Assembly (NCBI GenBank): GCA_022566355.1
Contig: JADFJB010000003.1
Location: 15,377-79,376, forward strand
Length of the DNA stretch: 64,000 bases
Reading direction: 5' to 3'
Source: Candidatus Zhuqueibacterota bacterium
GTDB taxonomy: Bacteria > Zhuqueibacterota > JdFR-76 > DREG01
The notes beneath the pieces are model-generated. The model made no database searches. It was not told the DNA's origin and was given only the letters and a program-made list of their open reading frames with translations. Below are positions 1-9,388 of this stretch, piece after piece. How positions within the stretch are numbered: the first letter of the stretch is position 1; the number at the start of each line of letters is the position of its first letter. The position numbers and the translations under genes were made by a program.

Positions 1-1
1 C

Positions 2-1399
2 AATTATGCCATCGTTGTTGAGGTCTAACCCGGCAAAACCGTCGTTATCCGTATCGACACCAGGAGTGTCAAAAAAACTGTTTGCTATGATTGCGTTTTT
101 ACCAAGATCCTCAAAAGCAGCCGGATCGTAAGAATTCAATCCTCTAGCAACATCCGGATCGCCACTACCGCCAATAATTGCAATAGTAAACAGAATTGAA
201 TCACCTGGAGCGAATATCTTAACTGTTTGGCCAAACATGGAGTCGTTCTGTTCTGTAATCGTGGAATCCCTGGTTCCCATTGGACCGACTGAAAGTAAAA
301 ATCTCGAAGGATCATTGGCAATAAATCCAAACGGACCCATAGGTACGGGAATCCTGGAGTCAAATTGATTATCGTCTGTATCGTATTGATTCCAGTCGAT
401 GGAGCCATTGCTCATAAGAATGTATTTTTCAGGATCATCTACCGGTGTGCCAATGGGATCTCCGGAATTGGGATCGCCGGTAAGGACATTGGGTGTTATG
501 GGGCCCCAATCTTCCTTAGAGTTTATATCAGAGTCACTCATCCACCAGTTAAAGGCAAGCGGAGCTGCACGCGAAGTCGGCCGTAAAATTCTAAACCCGA
601 CTACGCCTGCCATACACCCTTCACCACCATCGGTTTCGACAACCCAGGCTGTATTGACGACATCACCAAAAGAATTGACAGCCATAAATCCAGTAGCATC
701 ACTTTGATCGCCAGCATTCCCCCTACAACCCATATCGTTGTCAGCGAAAATACCTGCATAAAAATTCCTGATATAGTTATTACCGACATTTATTATCACC
801 AGGTCGAAAAAGACAATATCTTCGGCAAATGATAATGAAAACTGGTAACTTTTTTCGATTATTTCCAAACCAAGGGAACGTTGGTGTTTGGGTGGAGAAA
901 ATGAAAAGTTGGCTACATTCAAAAAAGTATCTGTATAAACAGCTATAAAATCTTCCTCCGAGACCGCAGATGGATGGTAGAATTCACTACTAGTAAGTGA
1001 AGAGCGAACTTCGATTGCCGAACGACTGTCCGGGTAATGAGGAAAGGTCTCAGCGAAATCTACAACACTCCAGGCTGAAGTGCCTTCGGAGACCAGGGTA
1101 TCCAGATCACCGGAATCATTCAAATCCGGCCCATTTGTTCCGTCCGATGGCACAATTCCGCCGAACCAAAATCCACCACGATTTATGTATCTGGGCAGGC
1201 CTTGAATATCGGTACCTGGCCAAAGTACACCTGCTGACTGGTTCCCGCCAATTTGACCATAATTCGTAATCGTTACCCAAAGCTTGCCGGTCTTGTGAAT
1301 TTTTGAATCGCTAAAATAGTTAGAAAATTGGGCAGGAAGTTCTCTGGTTACGCAAACAGTAGAGATCAGTAATAATGAATAGCATACGATCGCTTTCAT
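2..1399 (-). CDS. Secreted protein, paralog of 2602..4809 (runs off window start; absent from the ORF track)
   Basis: Manual translation from ATG at 1399 gives MKAIVCYSLLLISTVCVTRELPAQFSNYFSDSKIHKTGKLWVTITNYGQ... and stays open to the window edge. It has a signal peptide and is colinear with the 2602..4809 protein (LDTLVSEGTSAWSVVDFAETFPHYPD, LGLEIIEKSYQFSLSFAEDIVFFDL). Confidence 0.9.
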   Translation of the reverse strand, partial: MKAIVCYSLLLISTVCVTRELPAQFSNYFSDSKIHKTGKLWVTITNYGQIGGNQSAGVLWPGTDIQGLPRYINRGGFWFGGIVPSDGTNGPDLNDSGDLDTLVSEGTSAWSVVDFAETFPHYPDSRSAIEVRSSLTSSEFYHPSAVSEEDFIAVYTDTFLNVANFSFSPPKHQRSLGLEIIEKSYQFSLSFAEDIVFFDLVIINVGNNYIRNFYAGIFADNDMGCRGNAGDQSDATGFMAVNSFGDVVNTAWVVETDGGEGCMAGVVGFRILRPTSRAAPLAFNWWMSDSDINSKEDWGPITPNVLTGDPNSGDPIGTPVDDPEKYILMSNGSIDWNQYDTDDNQFDSRIPVPMGPFGFIANDPSRFLLSVGPMGTRDSTITEQNDSMFGQTVKIFAPGDSILFTIAIIGGSGDPDVARGLNSYDPAAFEDLGKNAIIANSFFDTPGVDTDNDGFAGLDLNNDGII

Positions 1400-1420
1400 A
1401 TAAAATTCCCCAAAAAAGGT

Positions 1421-1463
1421 TAAAAAAATGGCTCCATCAAATAAATAAAAGATGGAGCCATTT
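1421..1463 (-). terminator. Rho-independent terminator after the PorV-family gene
   Basis: 13-bp stem AAATGGCTCCATC / GATGGAGCCATTT that ends in a T-run on the minus strand, about 20 nt after the stop codon. Confidence 0.75.
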
Positions 1464-1483
1464 GAGACTAAGGATTATTAAAT

Positions 1484-2539
1484 CTAAAAGCCTAATAATA
1501 CGGAGAATCTTACCAAGTCATCAAAGTTTGTCATTTTGGTCCAGGATACATCGAATCGGCCGTTAACTCCGCTTACATCGAGATTAATGCCTGCGCCAAA
1601 GGATAATGATTCGGCAAAACCGGATCCATCTTCAATCTTGATACCATCATCGTCCAGTATATCATTATTTTCTTCGTCAATTTTAAAGCCAGTGCGAAGG
1701 AAAATCAGGTCATGATAACCATATTCGAGGCCGACGCTCTGGTACCTGAGGTTATCGTTAGGTTGATTTAATTGGCCTGTTAGCCACAATTTACTGTCAT
1801 CGGAATACATTAAGTCGACTGCCACACCAAACCTGAAAGTTAATGGCATAGGAAAGGATTGGCTTTCGAAGCCCACATCACTTTCGCTACCGAAAGTAAT
1901 ATCAGGTCCAAAATTTGAAATTGACATCCCCAAACGTGCGTGTCGATAGCCAGCAAAGTATATGGTGCCAATATCAAATGCAACCGTTCGTGAGTCGAAA
2001 CCAGCTAAATCCTGGGCAATAAATTTTGCAGTGCCGCCTATGGCAAATCTATCCGTTAAGCTTTTGGAATAGGTTAGCCCGATGGCAATTTCAGTGGCGC
2101 TAAAGTTCTCACCTGTGGGTCCCTGGAAAGCTACCGTCACCGGAATGTCCCCGGTGGTCAACGCGATGAAACTCAAGGCGAATGTTCCCATGGAATTGGT
2201 CGGCAGTATAAAACTACCAAAGTAATGTGCCAAACCTGCGGGCAAGTTAGTATGATTGAAAAAGGCTTGCCTATTCTCAATTAAAGCTAAAACTCCAGGA
2301 TTATAGAATGCGCCGCTGGCATCATCTACAAGAGCAACAAATGTTTCACCCATACCGGTTGCCCTGGCGCTTACTCCAAGCTGCAGAAATTGAGCCGCTG
2401 CAGTTCCAGTCCTAGATGCACCGCCCAAAACTGTTATGGCACCTTGATTATTATCTTGAGCCAAAAGTGAGAATGGAAAAAATGAAACCAGCAACACCAG
2501 GGCTAAGAAAACTCGAATTGATTTTTTTATTGTTTTCAT
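1484..2539 (-). CDS. PorV/PorQ family outer-membrane beta-barrel
   Basis: Signal peptide, GTAAAQFLQLGVSARATGMGE and YNPGVLA motifs typical of the PorV/FadL-like family, amphipathic strands, C-terminal Phe. Confidence 0.85.
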   Translation of the reverse strand: MKTIKKSIRVFLALVLLVSFFPFSLLAQDNNQGAITVLGGASRTGTAAAQFLQLGVSARATGMGETFVALVDDASGAFYNPGVLALIENRQAFFNHTNLPAGLAHYFGSFILPTNSMGTFALSFIALTTGDIPVTVAFQGPTGENFSATEIAIGLTYSKSLTDRFAIGGTAKFIAQDLAGFDSRTVAFDIGTIYFAGYRHARLGMSISNFGPDITFGSESDVGFESQSFPMPLTFRFGVAVDLMYSDDSKLWLTGQLNQPNDNLRYQSVGLEYGYHDLIFLRTGFKIDEENNDILDDDGIKIEDGSGFAESLSFGAGINLDVSGVNGRFDVSWTKMTNFDDLVRFSVLLGF

Positions 2540-2601
2540 AAAGGACTCCCTACCTTATCGATAGTTAAAAGTTTTTTATTCATTTAATTTCTCATGGTTT
2601 A

Positions 2602-4809
2602 TTATTTTATTACAACAAACCTACCGACTTTTTGATCTCCATTATCAGATTCGACTGAATAGAGGTAAATGCCGCTTGCAATCGGTCTGGTGTTTCTTGA
2701 AAGTAAGTTCCACCGAGCTCGGGATGACATAGGATCGTCATGCCGGATGGTATCGACCAAATCACCATCCACGGTAAATATTCGAATGGTGCATTTTGCC
2801 GGGACATTTACAAAATCGATAACGCGGAAGTTTTCGACTGCAACATTATTCGGTAATCCAAAATCCTCAAAACCGGAACGCTCTATATAAGGATTAGGCT
2901 CAGTCCAGATCTCTTGATCACCAAAACCTCCTGAAGTCTCTGCTGCTGGTGAGGCGGCTATTTTAATTCCATTTATTAGTGGGCTCGAGGCTAAGGTTTC
3001 GATTCCAAATGAGGGGGCGCCGCGATCAAAAGAAACTACTGCATAAGTGTATTCCAAACCATTTGGAACGTGGTCAACATAAGTGAAAGATAAACCTGTG
3101 TTGCGGCCTAAGTCATTATCCGGTAAATCATATTCTGCTAATATTTCAAAGGTTCCTAAAATACCGGTTGCACTTCTTAATACGCGGAATCCTTCGAAGT
3201 CCTTACTTTCATCTTCGGGTGTATTCGGATCATCTGAAACAAATGGATCTTTAAAGTTCAATGGCAAATTAGGATCGTTTGCATCGTAGCCCGGGCTTGA
3301 GGGATCTGCTTCCGACCAATCCAGGGTTATTGTATGGTCGCCAGGGGTAACCTTGAGTGGTGGTGATGGCGGAGGTGGCGGACCTGTAAAATCAGGAACC
3401 CCGTCCCCGGTATCGATAACGCCGTCACCGTCCAAATCGTCACCGAAATAGCCATCTCCGTCGGTGTCGACGCCCGGGTTATCAAACATAATTCCTGCCA
3501 TAAAGGCATTTCGACCTAAATCTACAAAAGATGCCGGGTCGAATGAGCCCAATGCTTGTGATATGGCAGCATCACCTTCACCGCCAATAATAGCATAGGT
3601 GAATAAAACAGTATCACCAGGGGCAAAGATCTTAACTGTCTGACCAAACATTGGATCGCTCGGGTCAGATATGGTTTCTTCCGTAGCTCCAAGAGGACCG
3701 AAAGAAATTAAAAATCGTGAGTTATCATTGGGATCGACACCAGCCGGAATATTTGGATTAAACTCCAGTGTCTCCGGATCGAATTGAGGATCATCAAAGG
3801 ATCCATTACTCATGAAGACGTATTTTTCAACGTCAACTTCCGGGGTGCCGACTTGCTCTCCATCATTTGGATCACCGGTATAAACGTTAGGTGTTATCGG
3901 TCCCCAGTCGTTTTTTGTGCTGATGTCGGAATCACTCATCCACCAGTTAAAAGAAACCTGGCCTTCTTCTGCTGTTGGCCGTAAAACCCGAACCCCTACA
4001 ACACCGGGCATGCAACCATCATCTCCATCAGGCTCCACAACCCAGGAAGTATTTACTCTATCACCAGTGGAATTAAATTGCATAAATCCTGTGGCGTCAT
4101 CTCTTTGGGACGCGTTTCCTATACAGCCCATGTCATTGTCGGCAAAAAATCCAGCATAAGCATTCCTGATACGGTTATTCCCGATATTTATGATCACCAG
4201 GTCGAAAAAGACAATATCCTCGGCAAAAGATAGGGAAAACTGGTAACTTTTTTCGATTATTTCCAAACCGAGTGCACGTTGGTGTTTGGGTGGAGCAAAT
4301 GGAAAGCCGGCAGCATTTAAAAAAGTATCTGAATATACCGCTATAAAGTCTTCTTCCGAGACCGCATCCGGATGGAAGAATGGACTACTCACAAGCGAAG
4401 AGCGAACTTCGATTGCCGAGCGATCGTCAGGATAATGAGGAAAGGTCTCAGCAAAATCTACAACACTCCAGGCTGAAGTGCCCTCGGAAACCAGGGTATC
4501 TAAATCACCGGGGTCATTTAAATCGGGGCCGCTGGTTGCATCGGATGGTACAATACCGCCGAACCACAATGCGCCGCGATTGATATACCGTGCCTGTCGG
4601 CCTACGAGGTCGGTACCAGGCCAGAACACACCACCCGTTGAATTCGTACCAAACTGACCAAAATTGGTGACCATGACCCATATTTTCCCATTTCTATGCT
4701 GTCTTGAATCGGCAAAATAATTTGCAAATTGTGCGAACAGGTTTCCGCTGGATAAGAATAATAACACCATAAGGAAACCTATGCCGCGACTAATCAATTT
4801 CGTTTTCAT
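2602..4809 (-). CDS. Secreted acidic protein with DxDxDG Ca-binding motifs, poly-Pro linker, FN3-like domain and T9SS/FlgD-like C-terminal sorting domain
   Basis: ATG at 4809 follows AAAGGAG. Signal peptide; DTDGDGYFGDDLDGDG; PPPPSPP; C-terminus EPNPY...TIRIFTVDGDLV...WNLLSRN..IASGIYLYSVES...KVGRFVVIK. Confidence 0.8.
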   Translation of the reverse strand: MKTKLISRGIGFLMVLLFLSSGNLFAQFANYFADSRQHRNGKIWVMVTNFGQFGTNSTGGVFWPGTDLVGRQARYINRGALWFGGIVPSDATSGPDLNDPGDLDTLVSEGTSAWSVVDFAETFPHYPDDRSAIEVRSSLVSSPFFHPDAVSEEDFIAVYSDTFLNAAGFPFAPPKHQRALGLEIIEKSYQFSLSFAEDIVFFDLVIINIGNNRIRNAYAGFFADNDMGCIGNASQRDDATGFMQFNSTGDRVNTSWVVEPDGDDGCMPGVVGVRVLRPTAEEGQVSFNWWMSDSDISTKNDWGPITPNVYTGDPNDGEQVGTPEVDVEKYVFMSNGSFDDPQFDPETLEFNPNIPAGVDPNDNSRFLISFGPLGATEETISDPSDPMFGQTVKIFAPGDTVLFTYAIIGGEGDAAISQALGSFDPASFVDLGRNAFMAGIMFDNPGVDTDGDGYFGDDLDGDGVIDTGDGVPDFTGPPPPPSPPLKVTPGDHTITLDWSEADPSSPGYDANDPNLPLNFKDPFVSDDPNTPEDESKDFEGFRVLRSATGILGTFEILAEYDLPDNDLGRNTGLSFTYVDHVPNGLEYTYAVVSFDRGAPSFGIETLASSPLINGIKIAASPAAETSGGFGDQEIWTEPNPYIERSGFEDFGLPNNVAVENFRVIDFVNVPAKCTIRIFTVDGDLVDTIRHDDPMSSRARWNLLSRNTRPIASGIYLYSVESDNGDQKVGRFVVIK

Positions 4810-4864
4810 AATTGCTCCTTTATTAAACACCTAATTTTTTGCATTATGCTTATCTGAATTAAAA

Positions 4865-7800
4865 TTAAAACCGCAAGCCAAATCCAAATAGAATTTGCCT
4901 GGGTGGGCCTAATTGATTCGGTTGTAGATCCCGAGGGGTACCGTCTCCCTCAATATTACCGTGGGGAAAGGTTTTGGTTTCTAAAACATTTGTTTCCGGA
5001 TTTTCAATTGTGCAAGTGATACAACGGTGAGCGTCATCGCCTTGTAAGAAGAGAACATTTCTTCTATTAAACAGGTTGTTGACATCCAAATAGAATGTTG
5101 CAAAAATATCAGACATGAGTTTGAAGTCCTTTCGAAAACGAAGATCCAACTCGCTGAAATAGGACAGCCGCTCGTTATTTACGATTCTACTAGGGTCGAG
5201 TTCGCTATCAAGAGTAAAAGGCTGACCACTGCCGTAGCGCCAAAATAAAGTCAGTGAGGCACGATCGATCGTCGTTCCAAACAGATCGATACCTCGGCCG
5301 GCAGGTAATTCAAACCGGATATTGGCATTAATGGTATGACGTTGATCCCAACTCGAATTAATTTCATTTATGTTTGAGTAGGGTATAGTAGAGTTTGTTA
5401 AGTTAAACGTTGATGATCGTGCGGTGGCCCACATGAGAGTATAATTAATATTGGCGGCATAATAATTACTAAATCGTTTTATGAGATCAAATTCGAATCC
5501 GCGGTCCTGACCATAGTCTTTGTTCACTAAAATGCGAAACGGAGCCGCTTCCGGACCAAAAATTTCCGAGTTGATTTGGTTGCGGATATCTTTATAAAAT
5601 CCGGTTACGCCAATTTTGAGATCATCTGTTAGTTGGTGATCGAAACCGATTTCATAAGAAATGGTTTCTTCTGCCTCGAGGTCGGGATTACCAAAAGTGT
5701 TTAGCTGGTTCTGGAATACACGAAAACGATTTTGCCGGCGGTACAATTCACTCAAGGTAGGTATTTGTACGAACCGTCCATAGAAGAAGTATAACCTGCT
5801 GCGATCTGTGATTGGATGTGATAAACCAAGCCGGGGTGAAAAGTAATTTTTAGTGTTAATGCGCTTTTTTTCAGAATCTTCGGTTAAAAAGGCTTCACCC
5901 TGTTCAAATACCTGGGCGCCAGCATCAAAACGATCGAATCGAAAGCCGATATTAGCAATTAATGATTCGAATTCGATTTTATCCTGAATATAAACAGCGC
6001 CTGAATTGGGGTAGCGGATATAAAAATCCCGCAATGAACCGGAGGTGATATATGGGCCATTGTCCGGTGGATTTACACGGCGGGAAGGCACTTTACTATC
6101 GGCATCGCTAATTTGCTGCTGCTGCAATATACTATAGTCCCAATTAAAGCCAATTTTTACTTCGTTATGCCTGTTAAACTGGGTAAGGTAATCGACTTTT
6201 AAAGAATATTTTCGGGTATCATGTTGTGACCAATCATCTCCATACCCAACTGCATTAAAAGCAGTACGGGGGTCTAATCTCCCTAATTTTTCATCTGCAG
6301 AGTCTATGGCATCCAGGAATCCATCAGGATTTCCACTGTTGGTCGTGCCAAAATCTGCTCCCAGTCCGTCTAAAAGACGATTGTTCATTGCATCGGGCAG
6401 TAATCTGATGCCATTTCTCATACCCGGATAGGTTTCTCTGAAATTGTCTAATAAGGCAATCTTTACTTGATAAAACGTTTTAGGGCTTAGAGTATGGCTC
6501 CAGCTAAAAACGGTATTGGAATTCCTGCCCTCCGTTTGAGTCGTGCGTTCCGGCAGCCATTTCCAGGTGTTGTGATTATGGCTATCCCGCCAGAATTGCG
6601 AGCCGGTAAAACTAAGGCTGGTATTAATCTGGTTATTCACCCGGTAACTTACGCGGGCGCTATAGTTTAAATCATTCCTGAATCTGCCACCCCAATCGAT
6701 ACCCAGAAAATTTTGTTGGAACGGATGATCCACCTGCCTGGGATTTACTAAGGTGAGATCACCGCTAGGCGCTTCACCGGGTTCTTCAATCTTACCTTCT
6801 TCAAAGGTGAATTGTTCATCGAATGTAGTTAGTTGACCGCTTTGATCCTCGTTAGGGAGGTATCCATCCGTGCTAAAAGCCGTTCCTGAGATAAAAAAGT
6901 TCACCTTACCTTGCAAGCCGGTAAAACCCAATGCCGGTAAAATCCTATTGGTGATTGGCTCCGGACCGCCCAAATTGAATTCTGTTCGATCTGAGTTAAA
7001 CGAATTGCTGCGAACGCCAGGTCCTATTCCCTTAAAATAATCTGTAGATAACACGTCCAGGGGATTTTCAGCGCCGGAAAGTACATCTGATGGGAAGCGG
7101 CCGCTGCCAGTAATATGGTCGGTAAAATGTGCAATTCTACCGGATAACTTTGGGCCACCGCCCCGGGTAATAATGTTTACTACTCCTGATTGTGTATTGC
7201 CATATTCCGCTTGGAAACCACCCGTTAAAAGCTCGATTTCCTGCACAGCATATTTACCAATGCTTACGATTTCACTATTAAACAGAGGATCGTTCACTGA
7301 CATTCCGTCTACAAGGTATACAACCTCACCGGAACGACCGCCGCGAGCATGAATTTCTTCACCCTCGCCGACGATGCCAGGCATCAATGAGATGGCGTCG
7401 GTGACGGTTGAGACGTTAGGAAGATCTTCGATTTCGGCTGCAGTTATTCGAGTAGAAGAAGACGTCATATCTTTAATAACGAGGGGTCGTTCGGAGACGA
7501 TCGTCACGGCTTCACCTAATAATGTAGTGATTTCAAGGTTAAAATTAATAGTGGTCGTCAAATCCGCCGAAACTTGTACATTGGTTGTCCGAACTTTTTT
7601 GTAACCAATCACACTGGAAACAACCGTATACGTACCCGGCCGCATCTTCAAGATCGTATAATAACCGTTTATATCTGTTGCTGCACCCTGGGTTGTACCT
7701 TCGATAATGACATTAGCGCCAGGTATTGGGTCGCCTGTTTGTCCATCAACAACCCGGCCGGCAATTTTACCTGTTTCACCGAAATTGGCGGCTTGTACAA

Positions 7801-7870
7801 AGCCGATACTAAAAACAACGGTGAAACAGAGTAAAAACCCGCTAACTTTAAATAGTGTTTTAAGTTTCAT
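4865..7870 (-). CDS. TonB-dependent receptor with N-terminal carboxypeptidase-regulatory-like domain
   Basis: TGKIAGRVVD..PIPGANV, plug motifs IHARGGRSGEVVYLVDG and TGGFQAEYG..SGVVNIITR, GNPDLEAEETISYEIG, C-terminal PRQILFGFGLRF. Confidence 0.92.
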   Translation of the reverse strand: MKLKTLFKVSGFLLCFTVVFSIGFVQAANFGETGKIAGRVVDGQTGDPIPGANVIIEGTTQGAATDINGYYTILKMRPGTYTVVSSVIGYKKVRTTNVQVSADLTTTINFNLEITTLLGEAVTIVSERPLVIKDMTSSSTRITAAEIEDLPNVSTVTDAISLMPGIVGEGEEIHARGGRSGEVVYLVDGMSVNDPLFNSEIVSIGKYAVQEIELLTGGFQAEYGNTQSGVVNIITRGGGPKLSGRIAHFTDHITGSGRFPSDVLSGAENPLDVLSTDYFKGIGPGVRSNSFNSDRTEFNLGGPEPITNRILPALGFTGLQGKVNFFISGTAFSTDGYLPNEDQSGQLTTFDEQFTFEEGKIEEPGEAPSGDLTLVNPRQVDHPFQQNFLGIDWGGRFRNDLNYSARVSYRVNNQINTSLSFTGSQFWRDSHNHNTWKWLPERTTQTEGRNSNTVFSWSHTLSPKTFYQVKIALLDNFRETYPGMRNGIRLLPDAMNNRLLDGLGADFGTTNSGNPDGFLDAIDSADEKLGRLDPRTAFNAVGYGDDWSQHDTRKYSLKVDYLTQFNRHNEVKIGFNWDYSILQQQQISDADSKVPSRRVNPPDNGPYITSGSLRDFYIRYPNSGAVYIQDKIEFESLIANIGFRFDRFDAGAQVFEQGEAFLTEDSEKKRINTKNYFSPRLGLSHPITDRSRLYFFYGRFVQIPTLSELYRRQNRFRVFQNQLNTFGNPDLEAEETISYEIGFDHQLTDDLKIGVTGFYKDIRNQINSEIFGPEAAPFRILVNKDYGQDRGFEFDLIKRFSNYYAANINYTLMWATARSSTFNLTNSTIPYSNINEINSSWDQRHTINANIRFELPAGRGIDLFGTTIDRASLTLFWRYGSGQPFTLDSELDPSRIVNNERLSYFSELDLRFRKDFKLMSDIFATFYLDVNNLFNRRNVLFLQGDDAHRCITCTIENPETNVLETKTFPHGNIEGDGTPRDLQPNQLGPPRQILFGFGLRF

Positions 7871-7900
7871 AGCTAGGTCTCCTTTTTTTTAGTGATATTT

Positions 7901-9340
7901 TTATTGTCCCATTTCTCTCATAATTTCTTGTGCCAATGCCGTTGAATTGCGCAGGCTGGCTTTTACGTTGGAATTTTCAAATAACGGAAAAGTCATAAAA
8001 ACCACTTCTGTATTTGTGCCGCCTACCGGGAAGCGTAATGCAACATTCCCTATTTCATCTTGCAGACCACCTTTGCCGATATAAATAATTTCTGCATCTG
8101 GACCAGGAAAGAATTCGTCAACATCACCAGACTGAACGTCTATAGTAACCCGTGGAAAGTTGACCGGATCACCCAATGTATTATCTGCAAAACTAAATTT
8201 AAGATCGCCGTCAAAATCGCCTGCACGGCTCCATCTTATTGTGGGATCGATTAGTGTGTCACCTGTCGCACCAGCCACATGTAGATAGACTACTTCAAAT
8301 TCCGTTGGATCGGGCGGATTACTGTGATTATTACCCGGTCCTGCGGGAGATGAAAAGATTTCCATAATTCCCTGGCCCATAATCCAGAGCTTTCCACCGC
8401 CATCCGCAAATTCGGAAAGTTGAACCGGAGCTTCCGGGTAAGCATCGCCAATTTCGTGCCACATGGAAGATCCACTTCCATATAACACAGCTACCTGGAA
8501 TGGAGTTAAATCAGCAGTTACTGGGATTCCTTGCTCGGCGATATCCCAGGTATCGAAGGCAAAACCTTCGAGAATAGCGGCATAGAAACCATCTTCATCG
8601 ATTTCATCCAAGACGCTGCCCTGGGGATTATCATCGACAATAAGGACAGTAGGGAGTTTTACTTCATATTCTATCTCGGTGGTTGAGACCTCGCCATCAT
8701 TGTCCTGGGCTTCCAATGTAAAGGTATAAGTATCGGGCGCAGCAGGTACAACGAATCCGGCTGTCGTTCCTAAAGCAAATTCACCAAAAGCTCCACCCTC
8801 TGTGCTGCGCCAGCGATAGCCGGTAATTGAACCGAATTTGTCCGGATCTGTACCGCTCCATTGAAACTTTGCGGTTTGACCGGGAGCATAAGCCGGGGTT
8901 GCACCGCTGCCGCCCGAAGAGGCGCTGCCGCGGGCGCCGGAAATGAGGACTTGTGGAGGTCCTGTATTGGCGCCAACATTGAATGTCCTGGAGACTGTGG
9001 CTGTCTCACTTCCGCCGGTTGCAGTTACCGTAAATGTATAACTACCCGAAGGCTGCCCATTATATGTTTTTGATATTTCATTTGTAGATACAAGTGAAGC
9101 ATCAACCCCTGATAATTGAATCTGAAAGCTTACACTTGCTCCCCCACCACGTGCTCGCCATTCGAAGGAGAAGCGCGAATTATTTAATATGGTTCCGCCC
9201 TCTGCGGGACCTGCAATAATCTCGACTATAAGCGCCTGGGTAAAGGCTGTTATGGTTTTATCATCCTTGGCGCAGGAAAACAAAAGCGCCAAAGATAGTA
9301 TGAAGTAAGGAGCGCTTCTCTTAATTATTGTTTTTAACAT
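7901..9340 (-). CDS. Lipoprotein with Ig-like repeats and an uncharacterised C-terminal alpha/beta domain
   Basis: Lipobox LLFSC; beta-rich repeats (GSYTFTVTA, TYTFTLEAQDNDG); C-terminal domain VLIVDD...DGGGKLWIMGQ. Confidence 0.75.
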   Translation of the reverse strand: MLKTIIKRSAPYFILSLALLFSCAKDDKTITAFTQALIVEIIAGPAEGGTILNNSRFSFEWRARGGGASVSFQIQLSGVDASLVSTNEISKTYNGQPSGSYTFTVTATGGSETATVSRTFNVGANTGPPQVLISGARGSASSGGSGATPAYAPGQTAKFQWSGTDPDKFGSITGYRWRSTEGGAFGEFALGTTAGFVVPAAPDTYTFTLEAQDNDGEVSTTEIEYEVKLPTVLIVDDNPQGSVLDEIDEDGFYAAILEGFAFDTWDIAEQGIPVTADLTPFQVAVLYGSGSSMWHEIGDAYPEAPVQLSEFADGGGKLWIMGQGIMEIFSSPAGPGNNHSNPPDPTEFEVVYLHVAGATGDTLIDPTIRWSRAGDFDGDLKFSFADNTLGDPVNFPRVTIDVQSGDVDEFFPGPDAEIIYIGKGGLQDEIGNVALRFPVGGTNTEVVFMTFPLFENSNVKASLRNSTALAQEIMREMGQ

Positions 9341-9388
9341 ATTAGAATCTCCTAAAATTTAAGTCCTTCATATCATATTTTAAAATGT

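Noticed and set aside
2..4809. Diversity-generating retroelement TR/VR pair suggested by near-identical blocks
   Set aside because: Both copies are long coding paralogs, the mismatches I checked are mostly synonymous and not adenine-specific, and no reverse transcriptase is present.
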